Source: Kiloniella sp. EL199 (GTDB lineage Bacteria > Pseudomonadota > Alphaproteobacteria > Kiloniellales > Kiloniellaceae). From it: a stretch of DNA of 24,000 nt. This document shows, piece after piece, positions 15,739-23,190 of this stretch. The first letter of the stretch is position 1, and the number at the start of each line of letters is the position of its first letter. The stretch is taken from assembly GCF_900313065.1 (NCBI RefSeq), contig NZ_OMPU01000013.1, positions 569,481 through 593,480 of the forward strand, read 5' to 3'. The notes beneath the pieces were generated by a model, which did not search any database, had not been told where the DNA came from, and worked only from the letters and a program-made list of their open reading frames with translations. A program made the position numbers and the translations under genes.

Positions 15739-16097
15739 GCTTTTTCCAATCGCTCAACATAGACTTGTATTGTACCGCCACAGGCCAAACCAACGTCCCA
15801 GGCCTGTTCATCGCCGACACCAAACTCCAGAATACCTGCCTTGCCGTGGTTCATAATCTCTAGAGCTTCTTGAATAACGGCACCTTCGATACAACCACCA
15901 CTGACGGAACCAAGCATGGTCATATTTTGATCGATGATCATCATGCTGCCTGCCTGACGCGGCGATGAACCCCAAGTCTTAATGACGGTTGCCAAAGCAA
16001 CTTTACGGCCTTCGTCTTGCCAGACCGCAGCGGTTTTTAACAGATCCTCAGCAGATGTTTCGGTCATACGTTTTTGAGTCATTCCTGATGGGTCCAT
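15735..16097 (-). CDS. XdhC/CoxI-family N-terminal domain protein (120 aa)
   Basis: KVALATVIKTWGSSPRQAGSMMII ... GSVSGGCIEGAV matches the XdhC_CoxI N-terminal domain. The start shares one base with the coxE stop (TAATG at 16095-16099). Confidence 0.8.
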   Translation of the reverse strand: MDPSGMTQKRMTETSAEDLLKTAAVWQDEGRKVALATVIKTWGSSPRQAGSMMIIDQNMTMLGSVSGGCIEGAVIQEALEIMNHGKAGILEFGVGDEQAWDVGLACGGTIQVYVERLEKA

Positions 16098-17317
16098 TAT
16101 TGTGTAGGGTGTCTATTATTTTGCAGGCTCTCAACTAAATCTTCCAGACTATTTATATTGTGTGCACTTCTAAATTCATCAACGTGAGGCAACATTAATT
16201 TAATGCCGCGTGCTTTTGCTTGAAATGCATCATATCTGAGAAGGGGATTTAACCATATAAGCTTTCTACATGATCTGTGCAGTCGATCCATTTCCAGAGA
16301 GAGATCATAGGCGCCATCCCTTTCCAAACCATCGGTGATTAAAAGAAGGTTTGCACGCTGTCCTAAAACGCGTCGGGACCAATGGTGATTGAAGTCATGT
16401 AATGCGCTGCTGATCCTTGTTCCTCCTGACCAGTCATCAATTTGCTGTCCAACAGCGGCGAGGGCCTCATCCACATCTCGATGTTTCATCTGTCTGGTAA
16501 TGTTGTGCAATTCAGTTCCAAAGGTAAAGCTATAGATGCGATCACGCGCAGAACTAAGACTGTGAATAAAGTGGAGTAGCATTCGACTGTATTCACTCAT
16601 AGAACCAGAGATATCGCACAGAATAACCAGCGGGGCTCGTACTACTTTTTTGGCCTTGTATTTTAGCTCAATAATATCTGCGCCCCGCCGCATTGAAGCC
16701 TTCATGGTTCTACGGGCATCAATTCGCTGTTTTTGAGTTGACTGAGTAAAGCGTCGTGTAGTGATTTGTTCAGCTGGGAGCTTTAAACGTTTGATAAGAT
16801 CCAGCGCTCTTTGTTGCTCTTCAACACTCATCTGCTCAAAGTCTTTGTGACGGAGGACTTTTTCATCAGAACTTGTTAATCTTGCGTCAAATTCGACTTC
16901 CAGATCGTCTTCTGTTTTCTCTTTTGGAGGAGTGTTTTTCTGTTCTGGTGCGAATGCCTGGCTCACACGTTTCAGAGCTTTGTTTTTTTCATCTTGTGGG
17001 GCATTTTCCAGAAAGGTTGTGGGTAACAACAATGATATCGCGCGTTCCAGAAATTCCGGGTTTCGCCAAAAGATATGAAAGCACTGATCGAAAATTTCCT
17101 GTTGATCTTTACTCGTGATAAACAGGCAGCGGAAAGTCGCATAGATATCATCTCTTCTGGTGAGGCCGGAAAACTTAATGGCCTCTATAGCTTCTAGAAC
17201 TCGTGCAGGAGGCACTGGCAAGCCTGCTTTTCTAAGTGTTCTGGTAAAGTGAAGAATGTTTTCTGCCAGATAACCTTCGCCCGGTTGGCTATTTTGATGT
17301 GACTGCTTTGGAGGCAT
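16097..17317 (-). CDS. coxE: VWA-domain protein, CoxE-type accessory factor
   Basis: The C-terminal von Willebrand A domain has a MIDAS-like DISGSM motif (LVILCDISGSMSEY). It sits directly after a MoxR AAA+ gene, the classical MoxR-VWA pair. Confidence 0.85.
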   Translation of the reverse strand: MPPKQSHQNSQPGEGYLAENILHFTRTLRKAGLPVPPARVLEAIEAIKFSGLTRRDDIYATFRCLFITSKDQQEIFDQCFHIFWRNPEFLERAISLLLPTTFLENAPQDEKNKALKRVSQAFAPEQKNTPPKEKTEDDLEVEFDARLTSSDEKVLRHKDFEQMSVEEQQRALDLIKRLKLPAEQITTRRFTQSTQKQRIDARRTMKASMRRGADIIELKYKAKKVVRAPLVILCDISGSMSEYSRMLLHFIHSLSSARDRIYSFTFGTELHNITRQMKHRDVDEALAAVGQQIDDWSGGTRISSALHDFNHHWSRRVLGQRANLLLITDGLERDGAYDLSLEMDRLHRSCRKLIWLNPLLRYDAFQAKARGIKLMLPHVDEFRSAHNINSLEDLVESLQNNRHPTQ

Positions 17318-17323
17318 AAAGTC

Positions 17324-18250
17324 TTAGCCTATCTGGTCGATCTCAGTTTGTACTTTTCTCAATATATTGGCGGCCTCGCTTCCCTGTATACGGTTTATGT
17401 CATCCTGATATTTCAAAAGAACTCCCAGAGTGTCGCTGACGATTTCCGGTGCGAGAGAGGCTTGATTCAACTGTGTTAAGGCATTTGTCCAGTCAATGGT
17501 TTCGGCAATACCAGGTTGTTTGAATACCTCTGGATTTTTCCGTAGTTCCTGAACAAATAAAACGACTTCATTACTTAGTTTCTCTGCTGCATCCGGTGCT
17601 TTGAGCTTTAGAATTTCAAGTTCTCTGATGGCATCAGGATAATCAACCCAGTGATAAAGGCACCGACGCTTTAAGGCGTCATGAATTTCCCGGGTTCTAT
17701 TGGATGTGATGATGACGACAGGTGGTTCTTCTGCTTTGATTGTTCCAAGTTCTGGAATGGTTATTTGATAGTCTGATAGGACTTCTAGCAGATAGGCTTC
17801 AAATGCTTCATCTGCGCGATCTAACTCATCAATGAGTAGAACAGGGCTTTTACCATTGCGGCCTTCCAATGCTTCCAGCAAAGGTCGTTTTATTAAGAAC
17901 TCTGGGCCGAATATATCTTTGGAAAGTACTGCTCTATCTGTATTTCCAGCAGCTTCGGCAATTCGGATCTCAACCATCTGTCTGGTGTAATTCCACTCAT
18001 AGACAGCAGTGTTGATATCAAGGCCTTCGTAGCATTGAAGACGGACCAATGGCCTGTCCAGAGTTATGGATAGTACCTTGGCTATTTCAGTCTTTCCCAC
18101 TCCGGCTTCACCTTCGAGAAACAGCGGACGTTTCATATTCAGTGCAAGGTGGATAACAGTGGCGAGAGAACGATCAGCTACGTATTTGCCGTCGGCTAAA
18201 TTTTGAAGAACGTCATCAATGGAAGCTGATATTTGAGACGAATTGGACAT
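17324..18250 (-). CDS. coxD: MoxR-family AAA+ ATPase, CoxD-type accessory factor
   Basis: Walker A GEAGVGKT and Walker B LLIDELDRA are present. The 308-aa size and its position after coxM fit. Confidence 0.9.
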   Translation of the reverse strand: MSNSSQISASIDDVLQNLADGKYVADRSLATVIHLALNMKRPLFLEGEAGVGKTEIAKVLSITLDRPLVRLQCYEGLDINTAVYEWNYTRQMVEIRIAEAAGNTDRAVLSKDIFGPEFLIKRPLLEALEGRNGKSPVLLIDELDRADEAFEAYLLEVLSDYQITIPELGTIKAEEPPVVIITSNRTREIHDALKRRCLYHWVDYPDAIRELEILKLKAPDAAEKLSNEVVLFVQELRKNPEVFKQPGIAETIDWTNALTQLNQASLAPEIVSDTLGVLLKYQDDINRIQGSEAANILRKVQTEIDQIG

Positions 18251-18281
18251 GACGTGCTCCGTAGGCAGATGATCACAACAT

Positions 18282-18320
18282 AAAAATGGCCGCAGTAAAT
18301 CGTAATGATCAACTGCGGCC
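18282..18320 (-). terminator. Rho-independent terminator between coxM and coxD
   Basis: On the minus strand: GGCCGCAGT-(15-nt loop)-ACTGCGGCC, a perfect 9-bp stem (18288-18296 / 18312-18320), followed by aTTTTT (18282-18287). It starts 9 nt after the coxM stop. Confidence 0.7.
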
Positions 18321-18328
18321 AGATATTT

Positions 18329-19108
18329 TTAGCCGTTTATTTGGGCAACAGCGCGTTTTGCCAAGACCGTGATCAGGTTGGCACGATATTCTGCCGAGGC
18401 ATGAATATCGCTATTCAGGCCATCTGCTGAAACAGTAATATTTTCCAATGCCTGTGTTGTGAAGCTTGCTGAAAGGGCAGCTTCCATTTCGGTTTGTCGG
18501 AAAACACAAGGGCCTGCACCTGTGACGGCTACTCTGATTCCAGCACTGGTTTTGGCAACCATCACACCAACAATGGCATAGCGTGATGCAGGATTATCGA
18601 ACTTCATGTATGCAGCTGCTTCCGGTTTGGGGAAAGTCACATTGGTGACGATCTCTCTTTCTTCCAAGGCTGTTTCAAAAAGATCGGTAAAGAAATCGCC
18701 TGCGGCAATAGCTCGTCGATTGGTGTTGACCACAGCATTCAAGCCAACAACCGCGGCGGGATAGTCGGCTGCGGGATCATTGTTGGCAATTGATCCACCA
18801 ATAGTTCCTCGGTTACGGACCTGTGCATCCCCAATACCGCCAGCGAGGGAGGCCAATGCCGGGATTGTTGCTTTGTTTGCGACCTCGGCGTGGGTTGTCA
18901 TGGCACCGATTGCCAGTTGATCACCGTCGGGGCAAACCCCGCGTAATGATTCTATGGCACTGAGATCAACAAGTGTTTCGGGCTGAGCCAAACGTTGTTT
19001 GAGCGTCGGGATCAAAGTTTGTCCGCCAGCAAGCAGGACGGTATCATCGTTCAGGAGGCCAGCAATTTCGTCTATGGTGCCTGGACGTTTATAGTCAAAT
19101 TCATACAT
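18329..19108 (-). CDS. coxM: FAD-binding medium subunit of a xanthine dehydrogenase/CODH-family molybdoenzyme
   Basis: LLAGGQTLIPTLKQRL and RNRGTIGGSIANNDPAADYP are FAD-binding motifs of CoxM/XdhB-type subunits. GGGAG lies upstream. Confidence 0.9.
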   Translation of the reverse strand: MYEFDYKRPGTIDEIAGLLNDDTVLLAGGQTLIPTLKQRLAQPETLVDLSAIESLRGVCPDGDQLAIGAMTTHAEVANKATIPALASLAGGIGDAQVRNRGTIGGSIANNDPAADYPAAVVGLNAVVNTNRRAIAAGDFFTDLFETALEEREIVTNVTFPKPEAAAYMKFDNPASRYAIVGVMVAKTSAGIRVAVTGAGPCVFRQTEMEAALSASFTTQALENITVSADGLNSDIHASAEYRANLITVLAKRAVAQING

Positions 19109-19122
19109 GATCTATTTCTCCC

Positions 19123-21474
19123 TTATAGTTCCTGTGCCGCGCGCCATACCTTTTCAGATGTGGCTGGCATATCTATTTCCTTGCCCAGCGCGTTGGTAAT
19201 GGCATTCATTAATGCCGCGGGTGCAGAGATTGCACCGGCTTCACCACAGCCCTTTACACCAAGGGGATTTGTCGTGCATGGGGTGTTGATGGTTTCCACC
19301 CGGAAGGTTGGCAAATCATCTGCGCGTGGCATGCAATAGTCCATATAGGACCCGGTAAGAAGCTGACCACTTTCCTTGTCATAGACACAGTTTTCCAAAA
19401 GTGCCTGCCCGATGCCCTGCGCAAGTCCACCGTGAACCTGCCCTTCGACAATCATGGGGTTGATTACATTGCCAAAATCATCCACCGCAACCCAATCCAG
19501 AATCTCAGTTGTGCCTGTTTCTGGGTCAATTTCTACTTCGGCTATATGCGTGCCAGCGGGGAAGGTAAAGTTCAGCGGATCGTAGAAGGCTGTTTCGTCC
19601 ATACCGGGTTCGACGTCTGCCGGATAGTTATGCGGCACATAGGCAGAAAATGCGATCTCTGCCATGGTCATTTTTTTGTCCGTTCCGGCAACCGAGAATA
19701 CACCGCCGGAATGTTCAATATCTTCTACAGAGGCTTCCAATGTATGGGCTGCGATTTTTTTACTCTTTTCCACCACTTTATCGATGGCTTTCATAATTGC
19801 AGAACCGCCAACAGCAAGGGAACGAGACCCGTAAGTGCCCATGCCAAAAGGTACCTTACCTGTATCGCCGTGTGATATTTCTACCTGATCAATTGGAACG
19901 CCCAGTTGATCAGATACAATCTGCGCAAAGGTTGTTTCATGACCTTGCCCATGTGAATGACTTCCGGTGAAGACCGTCACGCTCCCCGTCGGGTTGAAAC
20001 GGACTTGGGCTGATTCCCATAATCCGACACCAGCACCGAGAGAACCCACAGCGGCAGAAGGGGCAATGCCGCAAGCTTCAATAAAGGCGGAATAGCCAAT
20101 ACCACGAAGTTTGCCTCGTTGCGCTGATTCAGCTTTTCTAGTTTCGAAACCACTGTAATCAATAGCAGCCTGTGCCTTGTCCATGGCAAGGGCGTAGTTG
20201 CCACTGTCGTATGCCATGATGACGGGCGTTTCATAAGGGTAGGCATCTGGTGGAATGAAATTTCGCTTTCGAAGTTCGCCCGGATCTATACCCATTTCAC
20301 GGGCACCTACTTCGATCATTCGCTCGACAACGTAGGTTGCCTCTGGCCGTCCGGCACCGCGATAGGCATCAACGGGGGCTGTATTGGTAAAGCCTGCCTG
20401 AACCTCACAGTATATGGCTGGCATTACGTATTGGCCATTGAGCAAAGTACCGTAGAGATAGGTTGGTACAGCAGAAGCAAATGTTGATAGATAACAGCCC
20501 ATATTGGCTTTGGTCGACACCTTGAAGCCAAGGATTTTACCATCTGCATCAAACGCCATTTCTGCATGGGTTTCATGGTCTCGGCCATGAGCATCCGACA
20601 GGAATGATTCTGAACGTTCTGCGGTCCATTTGATTGGACGGTGCAGCTTTTTTGTTGCCCAGGCACAGACAGTTTCTTCAGAGTAGATAAAGATCTTTGA
20701 TCCAAACCCACCGCCTACATCCGGGGCAATAACCCGTAATTTGTGTTCTGGTGCAACCGCATTAAAAGCTGAAAGGACAAGCCTGTGAACATGGGGATTT
20801 TGACTGGTGGTATAGAGCGTGATTTCATCCGTTCCGGCATCATATTCACCCAGCGCAGCACGAGGCTCCATCGCGTTTGGAATCAGTCGGTTGTTACGAA
20901 GATCCATCCGGGTGACGTGATGTGCTGATGCGATGGCTTGTTCTGCTGCTGCTTTGTCTCCGATTTCCCAGTCAAAAGACAGGTTTCCGGGGATGTCATC
21001 ATGAATTTGTGGAGCGCCACTCGCGAGGGCATCGCCAACTTCGATGACGTGGGGGAGTTCTTCGTAATCGATTTCCACTAACTCGGCAGCATCCTTTGCT
21101 TGTTGCAGGGTTTCTGCGACAACAAGTGCAACCTGATGGCCAACGTATTTGACATGGCTTACAGCCAGGGCGGGGTGTGCTGGTGCTTTATGTGGTGTAC
21201 CGTCTTTGGAAGTAATTCCCCAGCCACAGATAATTGGCCCGATGCCATCAGCTTCCATATCGGGGCCCGTTAAAATATCCACTACACCGGCCGCTTTCAG
21301 GGCTTCACTAGTGTTGATATTGTTGATTTTTGCATGGGCATAGGGGGACCGAATGAAGTATCCATAGGTTTGTCCGGGCTTGGTGATATCGTCAAGATAG
21401 CGGCCCTTGCCAATAATAAATCGTTTGTCTTCTTTGCGACGTACAGAGGCGCCGATACCTGTTTCATTCGTCAT
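19123..21474 (-). CDS. coxL: Molybdopterin-binding large subunit, form-II CoxL-like (aerobic CODH / xanthine dehydrogenase family)
   Basis: 783 aa. N-terminus [18 protein letters not shown]. The active-site loop [12 protein letters not shown] (AYRGAGR = residues 370-376, nt 20347-20367, checked on the reverse complement) is the form-II signature, not form-I AYxCSFR. Confidence 0.9.
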   Translation of the reverse strand: MTNETGIGASVRRKEDKRFIIGKGRYLDDITKPGQTYGYFIRSPYAHAKINNINTSEALKAAGVVDILTGPDMEADGIGPIICGWGITSKDGTPHKAPAHPALAVSHVKYVGHQVALVVAETLQQAKDAAELVEIDYEELPHVIEVGDALASGAPQIHDDIPGNLSFDWEIGDKAAAEQAIASAHHVTRMDLRNNRLIPNAMEPRAALGEYDAGTDEITLYTTSQNPHVHRLVLSAFNAVAPEHKLRVIAPDVGGGFGSKIFIYSEETVCAWATKKLHRPIKWTAERSESFLSDAHGRDHETHAEMAFDADGKILGFKVSTKANMGCYLSTFASAVPTYLYGTLLNGQYVMPAIYCEVQAGFTNTAPVDAYRGAGRPEATYVVERMIEVGAREMGIDPGELRKRNFIPPDAYPYETPVIMAYDSGNYALAMDKAQAAIDYSGFETRKAESAQRGKLRGIGYSAFIEACGIAPSAAVGSLGAGVGLWESAQVRFNPTGSVTVFTGSHSHGQGHETTFAQIVSDQLGVPIDQVEISHGDTGKVPFGMGTYGSRSLAVGGSAIMKAIDKVVEKSKKIAAHTLEASVEDIEHSGGVFSVAGTDKKMTMAEIAFSAYVPHNYPADVEPGMDETAFYDPLNFTFPAGTHIAEVEIDPETGTTEILDWVAVDDFGNVINPMIVEGQVHGGLAQGIGQALLENCVYDKESGQLLTGSYMDYCMPRADDLPTFRVETINTPCTTNPLGVKGCGEAGAISAPAALMNAITNALGKEIDMPATSEKVWRAAQEL

Positions 21475-21476
21475 GA

Positions 21477-21944
21477 TTACGCCTCCATTTCTTTAGCGGC
21501 TGCCTGAATGGATTTCACAATATTCTGATAGCCGGTACAGCGACAGATATTGCCTTCGAGACCTTCGCGAATAGAAGCATCATCCAGTTTGTCTGACTTA
21601 TTAACCAGATCCACGGCGCTCATGATCATGCCCGTGGTACAGAAACCGCATTGCAGGCCATGGTTTTCCTGAAAGGATTTCTGCATGGGGTGAAGGTTAT
21701 TCCCTTTTGCAAGGCCTTCAATGGTTGTGATCTCGGCACCTTCGGCTTGTACTGCAAGCATGGTGCAGGACTTTGCGCTGTTACCATTGACGTGTACAAC
21801 ACAGGCGCCGCATTGGCTGGTATCACAGGCAACATGAGTGCCGGTCAGTTTTAAATTTTCGCGGACAAAAGTTACAAGTAGTGTATTCGGCGATACATCC
21901 GCCGAAACCTGCTTGCCATTAACTGTCATAGATACCGTTGGCAT
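21477..21944 (-). CDS. coxS: [2Fe-2S] small subunit of the CODH/xanthine dehydrogenase-family enzyme
   Basis: Plant-type ferredoxin motif [11 protein letters not shown] and second cluster motif CGFCTTGM ... CRCTGY. GGAGA lies 6 nt upstream of the ATG. Confidence 0.95.
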   Translation of the reverse strand: MPTVSMTVNGKQVSADVSPNTLLVTFVRENLKLTGTHVACDTSQCGACVVHVNGNSAKSCTMLAVQAEGAEITTIEGLAKGNNLHPMQKSFQENHGLQCGFCTTGMIMSAVDLVNKSDKLDDASIREGLEGNICRCTGYQNIVKSIQAAAKEMEA

Positions 21945-22108
21945 CGGTTTTCTCCTAACTTATAGCATGATAATAATGTTTTCATTTTTTATATTGGGTC
22001 TGTTGCCCTTGAGGGCGAATAGAGCATTGCAATGGCATACCTTATCCGTGCAATGCGATCTGTATATATGGTTCTTTTAAGAGCTCTTTTTGTGAATAAC
22101 TTGGCCTT

Positions 22109-22145
22109 TTTCGTGGTTGTCACTCAAATTTCGTGGTTATCACTC
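22109..22145. repeat. Tandem 17-bp direct repeat TTTCGTGGTT(G/A)TCACTC x2, period 20 bp, in the coxG-coxS spacer
   Basis: Copies lie at 22109-22125 and 22129-22145 and differ at one position (22119 G versus 22139 A). The repeat ends 8 nt from the coxG stop codon and sits about 165-200 bp upstream of the coxS ATG. Confidence 0.9.
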
Positions 22146-22152
22146 TAGCATG

Positions 22153-22755
22153 TTAGTTCAGAGCATAGAGGGCTAGAGCGGCTAAAATGACGCCAGCAAG
22201 AGCGAAATAGAGCGCATTATTGCCAGAGGTATTGCCTGTTATTTCTTTGCTGTTGCTGTTTTCGGGTGGGTGTTCTTCAGAAATGTCCAAGACATCCGAG
22301 ATAGCTTCATCTGGACTTGAACTGACATTTTCTGAAAAGGCTTGAAAAAAATCATCCGCCATTTTCTTTGCTGCTGAATCAACCAGACGAGATCCGATTT
22401 GAGCAAGCTTGCCACCGACTTTTGCATTTACGGAATAGTTAAGCAGGGTTTGCCCGTCTTGGCTTTCCAGCGAAACTTTTGCTTCTCCCTTGCCAAAACC
22501 TGCTGCACCTCCCTTACCTTCACCCGATAAGGTATAGCTATTTGGCGGGTTTAGGTCTGAAAGTGTTACCTGTCCCTTGAATTTGGCTTTTACCGGACCA
22601 AATTTAGCCGTTATGCTCGCCTGAAATTCAGTGTCTGATATTTTTTCAACTGTTTCACAGCCGGGAATAGAGTTTTTCAATATCTCTGGATCGTTCAAGG
22701 CTTCCCAAGCCTTTTCTTGTGGGGCAGGGATAAGTTGTTGCCCTTCCATCTTCAT
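22153..22755 (-). CDS. coxG: CoxG-type SRPBCC protein with C-terminal linker and transmembrane anchor
   Basis: MEGQQLIPAPQEKAWEALNDPEILKNSIPGCE ... GEGKGGAAGFGKGEAKV ... GGKLAQIGSRLVDSAAKKMADDFF matches CoxG proteins. An extra low-complexity tail ends in ALYFALAGVILAALALYAL. Confidence 0.85.
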   Translation of the reverse strand: MKMEGQQLIPAPQEKAWEALNDPEILKNSIPGCETVEKISDTEFQASITAKFGPVKAKFKGQVTLSDLNPPNSYTLSGEGKGGAAGFGKGEAKVSLESQDGQTLLNYSVNAKVGGKLAQIGSRLVDSAAKKMADDFFQAFSENVSSSPDEAISDVLDISEEHPPENSNSKEITGNTSGNNALYFALAGVILAALALYALN

Positions 22756-23190
22756 GACGATTTATCTAATTCCTTGTCTCTCTCTGCCATTATTCTCAGA
22801 CAGTTATTATTAAAGTTATTTTCTTCAATTTAACTATTCGCGGAAAATACCGCTTCTACCAGCCCTGGGAAGAAATTGTTGCAGATGAGTGTTTCAACTT
22901 TGCGACAAATATGAGGGGCAATTATGAATAACTAGTATGGATTGTATTTGTGCCATTTCTTTGTGTCAGTATGAGTGGTGGTTGTGGTAACATCAAGCCT
23001 AGGTATCGTTCAATTCCTGAGATTGTTGTTTAAGGGATGTTTGGCGGAACTCAGATCAAGGATGGGAATCTATGGTCAGGATTATTAATTGATTCAGAAT
23101 ATGGCGACTGCTGTGATTCGGTCAGTTGGCGTCAATGCTCTTTTCTCTACTTGCACTGAGATGATGTGTAATGTGGTGATGTATCAGCTA

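Noticed and set aside
19432-19875. Long antisense ORFs inside confidently assigned genes: 19432-19875 and 18995-19339 (opposite coxL/coxM), 9894-10286 (opposite the dehydrogenase), 10855-11187 and 12000-12305 (opposite the hybrid kinase), 776-1093 (opposite hutC), 5941-6258 (opposite the PAS kinase).
   Set aside because: These are shadow ORFs on the opposite strand of genes with clear family motifs. Their translations are low-complexity or Arg/Ser/Cys-rich, with no recognisable domains and no ribosome-binding sites.
21965-21990. An AT-rich ATGATAATAATGTTTTCAT stretch just upstream of coxS that resembles a Fur box.
   Set aside because: Only the first hexamer (GATAAT) matches the GATAATGATAATCATTATC consensus and the dyad symmetry is poor. 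It probably just reflects an AT-rich promoter or leader.
22937-23159. Short ORFs in the 435-bp spacer: a 17-aa Cys/Trp-rich peptide MDCICAISLCQYEWWLW (22937-22990) and a 40-aa ORF MFGGTQIKDGNLW...CCDSVSWRQCSFLYLH (23037-23159).
   Set aside because: Neither has a properly spaced Shine-Dalgarno sequence or a recognisable family, and there is no adjacent maturation or export gene. Such ORFs are expected by chance in AT-rich spacers. They would be worth revisiting only if Ribo-seq or conservation supports them.
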